From: Eledone cirrhosa | Lineage: Eukaryota | DNA length: 64,000 nt | Direction: 5' to 3' | Assembly (NCBI GenBank): GCA_964016885.1 | Contig: OZ024742.1 | Coordinates: forward strand, 237,212,001 to 237,276,000 | In this document: in pieces, positions 37,791 to 51,030 of the stretch | Layout of the letters: each line of letters opens with the position of its first letter | Position numbering within the stretch: position 1 is the stretch's first letter | Notes under the pieces: generated by a model | What the model saw: only the letters and a program-made list of their open reading frames with translations | What the model was told of the DNA's origin: nothing | Databases searched by the model: none | Position numbers and translations under genes: made by a program

Positions 37791-38241
37791 GTGCATTTGT
37801 AAATGTATGAAGAACTATATTGTAGACCAATCTTAAGGATTTTTAGACTAATCTGCCTGAAACTGACTGTGGTTCTATGATGCAAAACTGCCTGTTTTAA
37901 AGTGATCATATATTAAAACTATCTTACATAATTTCATGTTAGAATTTTGTTAAGTAATGTCCCAAATGTTAGCTTAATACTAAATTCCTCTGACCTTTTA
38001 AAGTAATCAAAAATTTGCAGGAATCGAGTATATAGACATAAAAGGGTTAACAACCATAAACACAGTAAAATGAGCATTAAAATGACAATGTGTGTAAGAG
38101 TAGTGTGTGTGGTGGGTGAGCTTGAAGACGATACTAAAATTGATCAAAGACAAAAGCAGACATTAAATGATGAAGATGATTGTATATATATATATTGGAA
38201 GATAGACGTTAAACGATGATGATGATGATATATATTTATAT

Positions 38242-38326
38242 ATATTTATTAAAATAACAGATTAAAGTTTAAGCAAAGAATCGCTGCTTTCACCCTTAAA
38301 CTTTAATCTGTTATTTTAATAAATAT
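38242..38326. repeat. Perfect 32-bp inverted repeat with a 21-nt loop
   Basis: atatttattaaaataacagattaaagtttaag ... cttaaactttaatctgttattttaataaatat. Confidence 0.9.
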
Positions 38327-39333
38327 TTGCTCTAGGGTTCTTATATATTTGATATATATTTATCCTTATTGGATATATTTATCCTCTTTGGATTTTAGTC
38401 TTCAAATTTATTATTATTACTATATGTATAGTAGCTGGTGACAGAAAGGGCATCCAGCTGTAGAAAACTTGCCAAACAAAGGGTTAAGAGGACTCTTCAG
38501 TTATGTCAAAGACATAACAATCTCCTTAGTTCTAATGCCATGATAAAATATACTTGGTGCAATGAAAGAGAGAGACAGAGACTGCAGGAATGTATGGAAG
38601 CAGAATGTTTCTACTAATCCATCTGAGAGGTTAGTAGCTCTGTTTGATGATGACCATCCAACCCTTGCTAGCAAGGAGAAAAGACATTAAATGATGTTGA
38701 TGTCGATGTTAAAGTGTCTAAACAACGATGAGAATGAGAATTTTAATTTGGCTCTTACATAGTGTTTAAAAAACAATATAAAAATATTTTTATTTGTTAT
38801 GGATAAATGAAAGCCCAGCAATATTTTTATTAGTACTTTTTAATGAAAGTATTGCTACCATGATAAAATGAACCTAGTAGACTGTGTAAAGTGGCTGGCA
38901 ATCAAACAGAGCCTATATAATGTAGAGAAGGCTCTTCAGCCATGCCAAGTATATGACAACCTCTCTAGTCACTCTAGTGCTGGTGACAGTACACTCTATA
39001 AGGAGATAGTGCTGGTGCTATGATAAAATGTATGCAGTATACTCTGCAAAGAGATTGGCATTAGGAAGGGCATCCAACAGTAAAATCATGCCAAATGTGA
39101 AACGTATAAGTAAAACATAGTTCTCTGATTAGTCCAGTCTTGGAGCTTAATGACTCAATCAACTCATGTGATCATGGAAAATGATGATGATAATCATAAC
39201 ATTAATTTTATTTGAATTTTTAAAGTAAAGGAGATTGTTAGACTGGACCAAAGAAACAATGTTTCCATCTGTCTTTCCATAGCTGCTAACGCCTGCTGAC
39301 CATAACTCCTAGTAGAAGAAAAGCCACATTTAA

Positions 39334-39510
39334 CCCTTTAGCATTTAAACCGGCTGTATCCAGCCAGAATTCTCTTACCTCTTTCTGGCCACTTGTTAAG
39401 GTATTCTCAAAATAAATAATATCAAAATCTCATAGATTTGATATTATGTGAGATAAATCTTTGCTGTGAAAATACAATAGTATATATAGAATAATGTAAA
39501 TGCTAAAGGG
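39334..39510. mobile_element. piggyBac-type MITE
   Basis: TTAA on both sides (39330-39333 and 39511-39514) and a 14-bp TIR CCCTTTAGCATTTA; further copies at ~50388-50582 and 60304-60523. Confidence 0.85.
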
Positions 39511-40165
39511 TTAAACTTGGAATTTACAAGGATAGAACAGATACAACAAAGGTCCTCTTTAACTATTTAACAATGTCACCAATCCACTGCCCCTGGACTA
39601 CTAGTGTATTTATCAGTACAATACCCAAGAGGATGAAAGGCAAAGTTGACCGAAATCAGATTTGAACTGGGAGTGTAAAGAACCATGCATTTAATCTGAT
39701 GCCCCAATATCTTGCAAATTTGCCACTCTTTACACTTTGCAAGTGTTAAAAAAGTTATGTAGCAAAGCTATTTATTTGTTATATAGAAGTGATGAGGCTG
39801 CAATATCTTTATTAGTATTTTTTTCATGAATATTTCATGGAAGTAGCATATAATTGACAAATTCAATATTTTAGGATATTGGTTCCCGAAATACATAAAA
39901 ACTAATCTGAAATAAACTGCACACAATATTGCTTTGGGAAAAGAAACAAAATTACACTTTAGTGATTATTATAATTATCATAATTTTCTTCAAATTTCTT
40001 CAGAAGATATTAGGAATGAAAATTATTCATCATCATCATCATTATACACACACACATATATATACACGCATACATACATACATATCACATATCATTTTAC
40101 ATCCTTTTTTCCATGCCTGCATGGACTGGAAATACGTATGCATATATATATATACACACACACAC

Positions 40166-40199
<34 letters not shown>

Positions 40200-40500
40200 A
40201 TGTTCATACATACACACATTCATTTATAACTTTCTTTCTGCTAAAATAATTTTGTTGGTCTAATCTCCAGAGAGAATATGAAAGTCTAACAAAAGATGTA
40301 ATCCTATTTCAACCGATTTGAGTCTCATTCAACTGAAAGAACATATTAGCTCCTGATTAGACTGTATGTATATATATTTATATAAAACAATATTTGTTCC
40401 TGATGAGACTGTACGTATATACATATGTATAACAATATCTGTTTCAACACACGTTTTCAGATAAGAAATCTTGCAAAAGAAATACAAAAACAAATATATA

Positions 40501-41545
40501 TCATCATCATCATCATCGTTTAACATCTATCTTCCACGCTAGCATAGGTTTAGACGGGAATTGTCCCACTTGAGGCAAGATTGGTCTTCTCGCAGGGACT
40601 ATCTGGCAGGTTTTCTACGGCTGGATGCCCTTCCTAACACCAACCACGTTTACAGTGTGGACTGGGAGATTTTTACCGTGTTACCTACACGGCCACATTA
40701 CACCGTGGACTGTGTGTCTTTTTGTCGTGACACCTACACAACCTCATTTATTTAGGACTGGATGTTGTGGTACCAACATAACTTTACAGAGAAAGAGGTG
40801 GTGTTGATGGGGTGGGGATGGGGTAATTGTGGTAGTGGGAGGGGGGTGTATATTTGATTAAGAGGTGCCTACTGACTGTAGGTTTCGCTTTGTACTTAGG
40901 CAAGGTGGATTTTCTATATTACTGTGTAGCGCCAAAGATCTCGGTCCAGTGACATTGTCTTAGAGAGGTGTGTGTAAGGTCGGAATTTATCAAATCGTCC
41001 CAGGGTCTGCCTACTCCGTAACTTCTGTCAATTTTGATCGCCCTGCACTTTTTTATACAGCTGTCGTCTTTCATGCGCATCACGTGACCGTACCAACGTA
41101 GTCTTCTCTCGAGTAAACAGCATCTGATCCCTCTTATAGCTAATTTCTCACTTAGTTCATTTATGCTTTGCTGTTCACATATATTACTATTATACATCTA
41201 GTGGAGCATGCATGCTTCATTCCTCTCCAGTCTGCGCAGATCCTCTGCACACAATGCCCATGTCTCACTGCCATGTAGCATTGCTGTTCGTATGCAGGCA
41301 TTATACAGTATGCCTTTCATTTTTAGAGAGAAACCTTTAGCGGCCAATAGTGGTATAAGCTCTCTGAACTTTTTCCATCCCGTTCTGACTCTGGCTACTG
41401 TACTTTCAGAGCACCCTCCAGCACTGCTGATTTTGTCACCCAGGTAACAGTAGGTGTCCACTATTTCTATAGAGCCATCTGGGCAATAGAAGGAGCTAGT
41501 ATCCTGTGGGCGCTTGCTACTTATTGCACCTGGGCACCGGCCACA
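40501..41545 (-). mobile_element. 5'-truncated RTE copy, truncated within the PHD finger
   Basis: ORFs 40919-41197 and 41198-41626 are homologous to 935-1603. Confidence 0.9.
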
Positions 41546-41990
41546 TATATATGTAATAAAATGTTGTAGTTTGCTTGAAGCATTGCATATAATATATAAT
41601 GTGGAAAGTGATATAAGGCTAAACAATGCAAATTGAACTGTAAGATGAAGGAAATGAAAAAGTAAGTTACCTGGTAATCTTTTTGTGATTTTGCTGTTGT
41701 TTCTTTTGTCCTAATATTTTGGGACTTAAAATTCCCTTCTTCAGTGTATAAGGAACTTTCAGCGAAAAATGCTCCAGTTTTTTCTCTCTGGGATTAATTT
41801 AGATTTAAATTTCTTAAACCACTTTCAAGCGTTGTTTGATGGTTGCTTTGCTATTCATGAGAATGATGTCAATTGCTGATCTAGTTTTTCATGGAATCAA
41901 TTTTTTTTTTGTATGTGATGTTGTTTAGGGAGCATGTGTATGTATGTGGGAGTGTCTTTTTAAGTTAAGTATTGTGTGCTGAGTTTTAAT
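41546..41990 (-). mobile_element. Penelope-like terminal remnant with a decayed hammerhead motif; homologous end at ~59280-59410 (opposite strand)
   Basis: Minus strand CTGAAGA-a-GGGA..TCCC-aAAA-tattagga at 41709-41744; shares caatgcttcaag with the ends at ~8900 and ~59375. Confidence 0.5.
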
Positions 41991-42389
41991 AATCTGTTAT
42001 TTATTTGGTGAAACTTCAGAGTAACAAGACTCACTACTTAGCCATACATTAATATTTAAATACATGGAAGATGACCGCTGGGTGAAGAAGTGCCAAGAAA
42101 TTCTAGAGGAAGGAAGATGCAGTAGAGGAAGACCATGCAAAACATGGGCAGAGGTGGCGAGAGCTGACCTCAGATCACTGAAGCTCACAGTGGAGATGAC
42201 AAGGGACTGTGATGAATGGAGAAATGCTGTGTTGAAGAGGACCTGTCTCACCCTTGCAAGCAAGGAAAAGCGGACGTAAAATGATGATTTTTTTTTACTC
42301 TTTTACCTGTTCCAGCCATCCGGCTGAGGCCATGCTGGGGCACCGCCCTTGAAAACCATTACGAGCTCACCAGGATGATGATGATGATA

Positions 42390-43390
42390 AGAGAGGTTCT
42401 TAGAGAAGAATAAGCCACTATACTTAGCCTTTGTTGACCTAGAGAAGGCCTTTGATAGGGTACTCTCGATCTGTCATCTGGTGGTCCCTAAGGAAACTAG
42501 GTGTTGAATGTCTTGTGAGGACAGTGTAATCTTTGTACAGAGGTGCTGTCAGTAAAGTTGGGGTAGGAATGGAGTTTAGTGAGGAATTCCAGATACAAGT
42601 AGAGGTACATCAGGGTTCGGTCCTCAGCCCACTCTTGTTCATTATAGTCTTCCAAGCCATAACAGAGGAGTTTAAGACTGGCTGTCCATGGGAACTTCTC
42701 TATGCTGACGATCTGGTTCTTATAACAGAATCAGTAGAGGAGCTAGAGAATAAATTATGGCTATGGAAACAGCAGTTGGAATCAAGAGGACTGAGAGTGA
42801 ACCTAGCTAAGACAAAAGTGTTGATGAGTTGAAAATGAGTAGCATGGGGGGGGGGGGGTTCTGAGGCCATAGTATCTAGAATAAGGATGGGTTGGGAGAA
42901 GTTTAGGGAACTGCTTCCTCTGCTGACGAAGAAGGGTTTCTCCCTGCGTACAAAAGGCCGGTTATATGATGCTTGTGTGAGGAGCGCGATGCTGCATGGC
43001 AGCAACTGCAGAGGATATACGATGGCTGGAGTGAAATGAGGCAAACATGCTCCGTTGGATGTGCAATGTCAATGTACGTGAACGACCGAGCATGGATGTG
43101 TTGAAAGAGAAACTGTATCTGAGAGGGATAGATTGTAGTGTGCGAGAGAGGAGACTGAGGTGGTATGGACATGTGATGTGCATGGAGGATGACCGATGAG
43201 TGAAGAAGTGCCAGGAAATGCCAGTTGAAGGAAGACGTGGGCGGAGGTGGTGAGAGCAGACGTCAGATCGCTGAAGCTCACAGTGGAGCTGACGAAGGAC
43301 CATGACAAGTGGAGAGATGCTGTGCTGAATAGGACCCGTCCCACCCTTGCAAGCAGGGAAAGCGGACGTAAAATGATGATGATGATGATA
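42390..43390 (+). mobile_element. RTE copy with RT but lacking the PHD segment
   Basis: AFVDLEKAFD, HQGSVLSP, YADD and NLAKTKVLMS, then a jump to GGGSEAIVSRIR. Confidence 0.85.
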
Positions 43391-43554
43391 CAACTATATT
43401 TAAAAAGTTCACTTTTCTTGGTGAATAGAGACCAGTAGTATAGGTGCCATACTTAAAGCCAAGTAAATCAGAGAGGACCTCCAGCCACATGCCTCAAATA
43501 ACCTCTTATAAAACATACCAACATAGAAAAAAAACTTAAAATTCTAAAGTCTGT

Positions 43555-43815
43555 CTTGAGCCTGGAGGTTCATCAGGCTGGTGCTTATCCTGGTTTATCT
43601 GGCGTTAAGCAACTGAGAGTATAAGACTCCCCCCTGTACAGGCTGCTAGTCCATTACAAGGTTAAATCCCAGCTACTGCTGGTACTCATTTTCAGCTGAG
43701 TATACTGAAGCAACGTGAAATGAAGTATTTTGCGCAAGAACACAACACATAACCCAATCCAAGAATTGAACCCATGTCGTTATGGTTGTAAGTCAAACAT
43801 ACTTACCACTAGACA
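43555..43815 (-). mobile_element. tRNA-derived SINE with a non-RTE tail (related copies ~5865-6120 and 16090-16330)
   Basis: Same central block as the 20850 SINE, followed by aatggactagc...ggataagc. Confidence 0.6.
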
Positions 43816-43875
43816 TGAAAAAACAATAATGATGATGATATGAACTATTTTCAATATATATTATAAACCCCTTAC

Positions 43876-43986
43876 CTCTGAAAGGTCAGTAAAGACACAG
43901 AGACAAGCATTCATAAGGTCAGCAGGTGAAATAGAAATACATGTACCACAGTATAATATCTGACTGAACAGAAGAGCAACAGCAGC
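43876..43986 (-). CDS. STK36: STK36 homologue exon (AAVALLFSQILYCGTCISISPADLMNACLCVFTDLSE)
   Basis: ttacag acceptor, GTAAGG donor; 111 nt, phase 0-0; resembles human SAAACLLGQL...HALSAPAE. Confidence 0.85.
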
Positions 43987-44532
43987 CTGTAACAAGAGAA
44001 TATTTCAAAATGTTTATAACATCAAATATCATTATATTGACACCAATACATTGTAATTTATACTGTACACAAATACAATAATAATGAAGAATATGTTTGA
44101 CATCAAATATCTTTAAATTAGCATAAAATCTCTTACATTAGCATCATATATCTTTAAATTAACATCAATATTTTAAATTTATGTTCCTTAAATACACAAC
44201 GGCAAACATCATTACATTAGCAACAATATTATATAAAATGTACTATACACATACACAGGTTTTTAGAAGAACTGGTATAATGTATTCCTGTATGTTATAA
44301 AAATGACTAAAGGAGTTGGCATCTGGAAGAGCACCGAGCTGTAAAACACTGTCTAAAAACAACCAACCCAAACCATGACAACAGAGAAAAGTGGATATAA
44401 TCATGATGATGATGATGTGGGTATTTATGTAAATATGTGTTTGAGTGTCTGTATTTACATTTACAAGGTAAGTTCAACAACTGCTGGTTCTGCCTGATTA
44501 TGTCCCGTAACTGACTTCAATTTTATATGTAT

Positions 44533-44563
<31 letters not shown>

Positions 44564-44672
44564 AACTTGAACATTCTTTTAACATTTATGCATCACATTT
44601 TTATTAACATATTCCTCTGACTTTGAATCACCATTTCTCTTATGTATTGAACATATATGTATATATATGTAT

Positions 44673-44752
<80 letters not shown>

Positions 44753-45150
44753 ACTTGATTCTCATATTAAATATTTGTTTCTCTCAGCAATATTTTGCAT
44801 CAAATATTCATTTTATTTTATTTTTAACTTTGTTACCAAACACAGTTATAAATTTCAATGGAATGTCAAGCATGTATTTTTCTTTTTGTAGTATATCAAC
44901 ATATATTTTCTTACTCTTTGTTGAAGTAGTATAAACAGATAAGTACATAACAAGAGTTATTTAGGTAAAAAATATTTTTAAACATGCTTGAATAATATTT
45001 TGTGGATTTATAATTGCAAGCATAGCTGTGTAGTTAAAGAGTTCACTTTGCAGCTATGTGGTTTCAGGTTCAATCCTACTGCATGATACCTTTGGCAAAT
45101 ATAGCCTCATGTTGACCAAGGCCTTCTAAGGGAAATTTGAAAGACAGAAA

Positions 45151-45234
45151 CTTACATTTGAGTCCCTGTACAATTTATCTTACATTTGAGTCCCTGTACA
45201 ATTTATCTGACATTTGAGTCCCTGTACAATTTAT
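45151..45234. repeat. 28-bp tandem repeat, 3 units (cttacatttgagtccctgtacaatttat)
   Basis: Visible directly in the sequence. Confidence 0.9.
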
Positions 45235-45847
45235 TTTACATTGCACTCCTTTTACAATCTAGCTTATATTTCATTCACTTACCAACCCATAATGTTTTTA
45301 TTTTTCGTTTTTTACGTGTGTTGTTTTGTTTTTTTCCGAAAATTTTTTTGGATTCTTACCTTAACTTTAACCCTAACTCTAACCTCAACCTTAATACATA
45401 GTCTAATTGTAACCCACAACGTTAACCAACATACCATTAACCAACATAACTTTTCGGTCTGCATCATAATCAAACAGCAGCATGTGGTTCAATTAAGTGC
45501 TCTGTTTGACAACTGGTACCCTTTTTTGATAAGTTAACTATTATCAGAGTTACTTTGCACCTTAGCCTTCACATATGTGAGCCACAAAAATGCTGATGTG
45601 GTGTCACTACTCTCAAATACTTTCCATTAGGAGGAGCGCTGATGTAACCAGTTTCACATCACAACTGGTCCCTGTTGGCCTTAACCACAGACACGGTAGA
45701 CACAGTTGGGGGCAATGTTTCTTTCACATTGAATGGGGTTGGGACACTACATGTTGCAACATGTTCTCTTGTGCCAACCTCATCACTTCAGCTACAAATC
45801 CAGATGTTGTCACTCAGAATACAAAGATGATCAAATTTGAAAATATA

Positions 45848-46082
45848 TGAGGTTGTGTAGGTGTCACAACAAAAAAACACAGTCCACGCTGTAATGTGGC
45901 CGTGTAGGTAACACGGTAAAAACCTCCCAGTCCACACTATAAACGTGGTTGGTGTTAGGAAGGGCATCCAGCCAGAGAGTCCTATATGAGCAAGACAACC
46001 AATCTTGTCTCAAGTGGGAAAATTCCCGTCCAAACCCATGCAAGCGTGGAAGATGGACGTTAAATGATGATGATGATGATGA
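45848..46082 (+). mobile_element. RTE 3'UTR fragment with (GAT)n tail
   Basis: Matches 1740-2120 and the reverse complement of 40501-40745. Confidence 0.85.
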
Positions 46083-49000
46083 AGTTAATGAACTAACATT
46101 ATTTCAAAACTAGAAGTATCATTGTTAAGAAGAAGTTAATGAAACATTTATTTCAAAGTGATACAAATGTCTTAAAGAAACATTATTTCGATTGTGGATT
46201 GTAGCATTAGTTACTGTTACTTTGAAAATATTGAAGCAAAACTTGGAGATTTCCGATATTCTTGGCCCCCGGATCACATCCCTACTCACTTCCATCAGAG
46301 TGAAGTTGACCACCCACAGGTGTGATGACTGTTTCAGCATATCTCCCTCACTTTTCTTTTGGGGCAATGCATTCTTCATCCTGAGTGCCTCTTTGAATCC
46401 ATTCATTTTATATAATAAACTATCTACCATAAGAAAAAAGTTTTTTAAAAAAACTGTGGAGGAACCCCCTATCTCACTCTCTGCTGAAAATACCAGAAGC
46501 TTGTTGCATATAATCATCATTTTATGTCTGCCTTTCATGCTGGCATTGGTTGGATGGGTCAGTCTAATGACTGAAACCAGTAAAAGAATAAAAGTCATAT
46601 TGCTTTCAAAGTGTACTGAAATGGCCATTATTATATGGCAGCGATTCTTTTCCAGACTTTATTTTTTAATCCTTTTATTTGTTTCAAACAGTAGACAGTG
46701 GTCATGCTGGGGAACCACTTAAAACAATTTAGTTAATAATATTGATATTAGTGTTGTTTTTTCAAGTCTGGTACTTATTCTATCATTAACTTTAAGTAGA
46801 ACAACTAAATTATGAGGCATAAACAAACACCAGATATGGTCACACACATATATATATATAAAAATATAGATATCATCATCACCATTTTACATTCATTTTC
46901 CATGTTAGTATACATTGGATGGGTTGTCATGTTCTGAGGCTTTACAGTGTGAGCTGGGTACATTTTATCATGGTACAACTATGGTTTTCCACACAGTTCC
47001 TGTCTATTAAATTCCAGGGTGGTTTGGGGGCATTTTATTGTGGCACAACCATGGCCTTCCACACAGTTCCTGTCTATTCAATTCCACTCACAGACTTGTA
47101 GTCAACCAAAAACTATAATAGTAGGACAACTCAGAACTAAGATATATCTGAAATTTTTTTATGCTTGAACAGAGTTGTCTTCAGGATATTTTTATAATAG
47201 ATCATTATCTTAAAACAGTATGTAACATTAAATATATTTATGAGAAAAAGCATTAGAAAAATATTTTGAATTCTCCAGACCAAAACACTTTGAACCTTTT
47301 TTTTTTCTATTATCATATTTTTAATGCAATATTTTGTTTGGAATTTGTTATTGAGAACCAAACAATTTTCTTTCTTTCAATTTTAAATTAAATATGGAAA
47401 AGAAATCTATGATAACAACAGCTTAGGCAATAAATTGGCAGAGTTGTTAGAATGTCAGAGAGAATGATTTGTGGTATTTGTTCTGCTTCTCTGTGCTCTG
47501 AGTTCAAATCCCATTGATGTCAGTTTATGCCTTTCATCTACTTGAGATTGATAAATAAACTACTTGACCAGTACTGGGGGCAATTCTTCTGTTATGTCCC
47601 TCTCTCCACTTCCATGTCTATAAGGTGGCCATGTTGGCAACATGACAAAAAGCATCCAGTCCACCCTGTTAGATAGTCATATCAGTGCCCGGAAAGCACC
47701 CAGTCCACACTGTAACATGGTTGGTGTTAGGATGGTCATCCAGTTGTGGAAAGTAAGCTGAAATACAGATCTGTATGAACATGTTGGTCTCCGGACATGA
47801 CATGTGTCATAATGTGACAGCCCATCAAACCCATTCAAGTGAGGAAAAATGGACGTTAAACAATGATGATGATGTCTCTGTCCCTGTCTCTCTATCTCTG
47901 GAAGAAATCAGCTATGTTCCAACCATGAGAGCACCTCCTCAACCCCATCAGAAGTTAATGCATGGAATGTATAACTACTGTTTATTGAAACAGTTTCATC
48001 TCTGAAGGTAAGTTTAATAACCCCCAAAATTATAATTGTATTAATAACAACCCATTTCAAATATTTAACAAAATAATGTTTTTTAAATTTTATTTCTAAG
48101 ATCAAGAGAAAAATGATTACCATATTAGAAAATCTTACACAAATCTAATGTAGATATAATTATAGCTTATAAGCCTTAATGTGAAAATGTAAACAAATCT
48201 GTTACTCTAGATTTGTCTGTTTATGAAGAGAATGTCTATGTACAATGAAAATAACAATGTTTTCACAGCACAACTGTAGTGAAATTGCAAAAATGATAAG
48301 AAACACACATGTGGCTTGGTGGTTAGGGTGTTTAACTCATGATCATAACATCATGAATTTAATTCACAGTGGTGTGATGTGTCCTTGAGCAAGATACTTT
48401 AATTCACATTGCTCTAGTTCACTCAGCTAGAAAAAAAATGAGGTGTGTAAATAATTCAAAGGAACAGTTTCATTACACACTGTGCTCAGCCACATTCAGT
48501 GCAGACTGTTCCATTGATCAAACAACTGGAACACTCATAGTAGAAACTGACAAAGGTTCAGCACACAGGAAAGAATGGAACAAAAGAGAGAGCAAGTAAC
48601 AATGACAGATAGAATGAAGAGAAGCTAGATGTCAGGTATACTCAGCTTGGAGAGAAGTGGTAAATAAGAAGTTTGCCTATATTCTGCAATATGATGGGTT
48701 TCCATAATTATCAGGATGGCATTGGTGAAAAGTGTGTACATAATCATAGTAGCATACTCATCTAAATGGATACTGCTTAGAAAGAAGCATGGACATACCA
48801 CCACAAGAGTTTGTGTATTCCAAGTGGTTAAGTATTCTACAGATTTTGAACAGAATTTTTAGGTAGAATCAGCATAACACAATATACAACAAGGCTGAAC
48901 CTTTGAATTACAGGTGCAATCCATCCAATGGGATACTAAATAATTCCCATCTAACCAATTACATTCACAAAGCAGTGTTCTAGTTGTTAAGGTGTTGAAC

Positions 49001-49564
49001 TAAAGATCATAAGTTGAGTGATTCAATTCCTGAATCAGATGGCATATTGTGTTCTTCATTTCATGCTGCTTTACATGATAGGATTAGATCCCCTATCAGT
49101 AAAGGAACCCCATATGTGATGCATCCTCATAACAGTTCAGCTATACCTGTATAGGTGTAAGCTGTAAACTTTAATTTTTTTTTCATGCATTGAAATTGAA
49201 CTCAGGATATCATGGTTGCAAGCAAACTTCTTATCCACTCATCTATGCCTATGGTGCTATCATTTTAAAGGGCTTACTAGATGCAATATGTTATCCTAGT
49301 TAAAGCATTTCCATGTGAGAAATACATCAATATTTTTCAAGACCATACATACTATCTCCACATAACATTGCATCCAGTATAATAAATCATATTAGGCATA
49401 TTTACTTTTCAGTGAAAAGTAACATAATTTCAAGTCACAAATATATATATATGTGTGTGTGCATGTGTGTATGCATATATATGTATATATACACACACAC
49501 AATAATAGCAACAAGAAAATGATTAACAAAGAGTATTAATAATTTTTTTTGTGTATGTACTTAC

Positions 49565-49628
49565 TGTGTGATTAGCAAATTGAGATTCTAAGAAGAAAGT
49601 CACAATCAACTCTGAAGAGTTCTTCAGG
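49565..49628 (-). CDS. STK36: STK36 homologue exon (LKNSSELIVTFFLESQFANHT)
   Basis: ttacag acceptor, GTAAGT donor; 64 nt, phase 2-0; AT|C junction gives Ile. Confidence 0.8.
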
Positions 49629-50059
49629 CTGTAACATTGAACAGTAAAGTACAATATTAGAACTGATTATAAAGAAATGAAATAAGCACAGGATTCTAAT
49701 GGCAGTAACTGATGGTAAATGAGATACATGCATTTATGTATATACATATATATATGTGTGTGTGTGTGTGTGTGAGAAAGAGAGGGAGGGAGAGAGAGTG
49801 TGTCATGGGTTCAATTGTAAGGTACTCAATACATTAGTAGAGTATAAACATCATGTTTAATATAGAAATATATATATGTGTATCTACGTGTCAGCATAGA
49901 AAATTGATATAAAATGATGATAGGGAGTTGGTGGGAGGTATTTCATGTGAATCAATCCAACATTTGGAAGTTCTTAGTTATCAAAACATGAACATTTTTT
50001 CATTTCTGTTTGATAAATTGTGTGTGTGAGAGAGAGTGTATATATATAAATATATATCA

Positions 50060-51030
50060 TCATTATCATCTTTTAACATCTGGTTTCCCTGCTCGCAAGA
50101 GTTGGATAGGTTGTCAATGACAAAGTCAGTACTCAAGCAGAGCTACTGATCTCTCAGATGGATTAGAGGCCTGCATCTCCATATAAAGTGCATTTTAACA
50201 TGGTATAAGCAATAGGGAGGTTGTTGTGCTGGCATCATACAGTCTAACCATCACTCTCAGAGAGAAGCCTCTTGTTGTCAGCAGAAGTACTGGTTTCCTA
50301 AACTTCTTCCAGCCCATTCTTGCATTTTGGCCACCACACTTTCACCTTGGTATCAACAACTCAAGAGAGCCACCTTGCGCATTCAACCCTTTAGCATTTA
50401 AACTGGCTGTATCCAGCCAGAATTCTCTCACCTCTTTCTATTCAAACCAGCCACTCATACTTATGTTAAGGTGTTCTCAAAATAAATAATATCAAAATCT
50501 TGTAGATTTGATATTATGTGATATAGTTATATAAAATAAAGCCTTTGCCTTGAAAATACAATAGTATATATAGAGTAATGTACAACCTATTTCCTGGGGG
50601 CTTTTAGTACTTCTCCTGTGCATTTGCTGCATACAAAGTCTATTTTCTCACTTAATCTGCTTTTAATACCACTACATCTTTTGTGCATCCATAGATTGCA
50701 CTGTATGCATTTTATGAAATTTCTGACCACACCTTTTTGGATATCAAACAAAGCCATTTCCCGAAGAGTATAAAGTTCTTCTTTTCTTTCCTAGTTATTA
50801 CTACTTTAGTCTTAACTAAGTTTACTTTCAATTCTAGGTTTTTCTGCCATGTTTAGAATTTTGCCTCAAACACTTCTGTGGATTCAGCTATAAAGACTGG
50901 ATCATCAGCATACAGGAGTTCCCATTGAATACCAGTCTTAAACTTGTCAGCTATTGGATGAAGGACAATGAGAAACAAATGTGAAACAACAACTGAATTT
51001 TAGTACTTCAAATTCATCACTCTACTCGTA
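50060..51030 (-). mobile_element. Degraded RTE fragments interrupted by a piggyBac MITE (~50388-50582)
   Basis: WELLYADD-like sequence at ~50900-50930, PHD-like sequence at ~50660-50760, and MITE TIR ccctttagcattta. Confidence 0.7.

Noticed and set aside
40300-40445. ctgatgagac hammerhead-like core
   Set aside because: No correctly placed GAAA or closing stems; too decayed to call.
45151-45234. CRISPR-like 28-bp repeats (also the 32-bp repeats at 3121-3232)
   Set aside because: There are no spacers and no cas genes, and the context is a eukaryotic intron.
46125-46722. Overlapping 167-aa and 176-aa ORFs; AG...GTGAGT-bounded segment 46290-46483
   Set aside because: The 194-nt segment would shift the STK36 frame. 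It has only a faint resemblance to a gypsy integrase zinc-binding region, too weak to call.
47908-48005. Short coding-like stretch after a minus-strand AG
   Set aside because: It ends in a stop without a donor, is not needed for STK36 collinearity, and has no recognisable motif.
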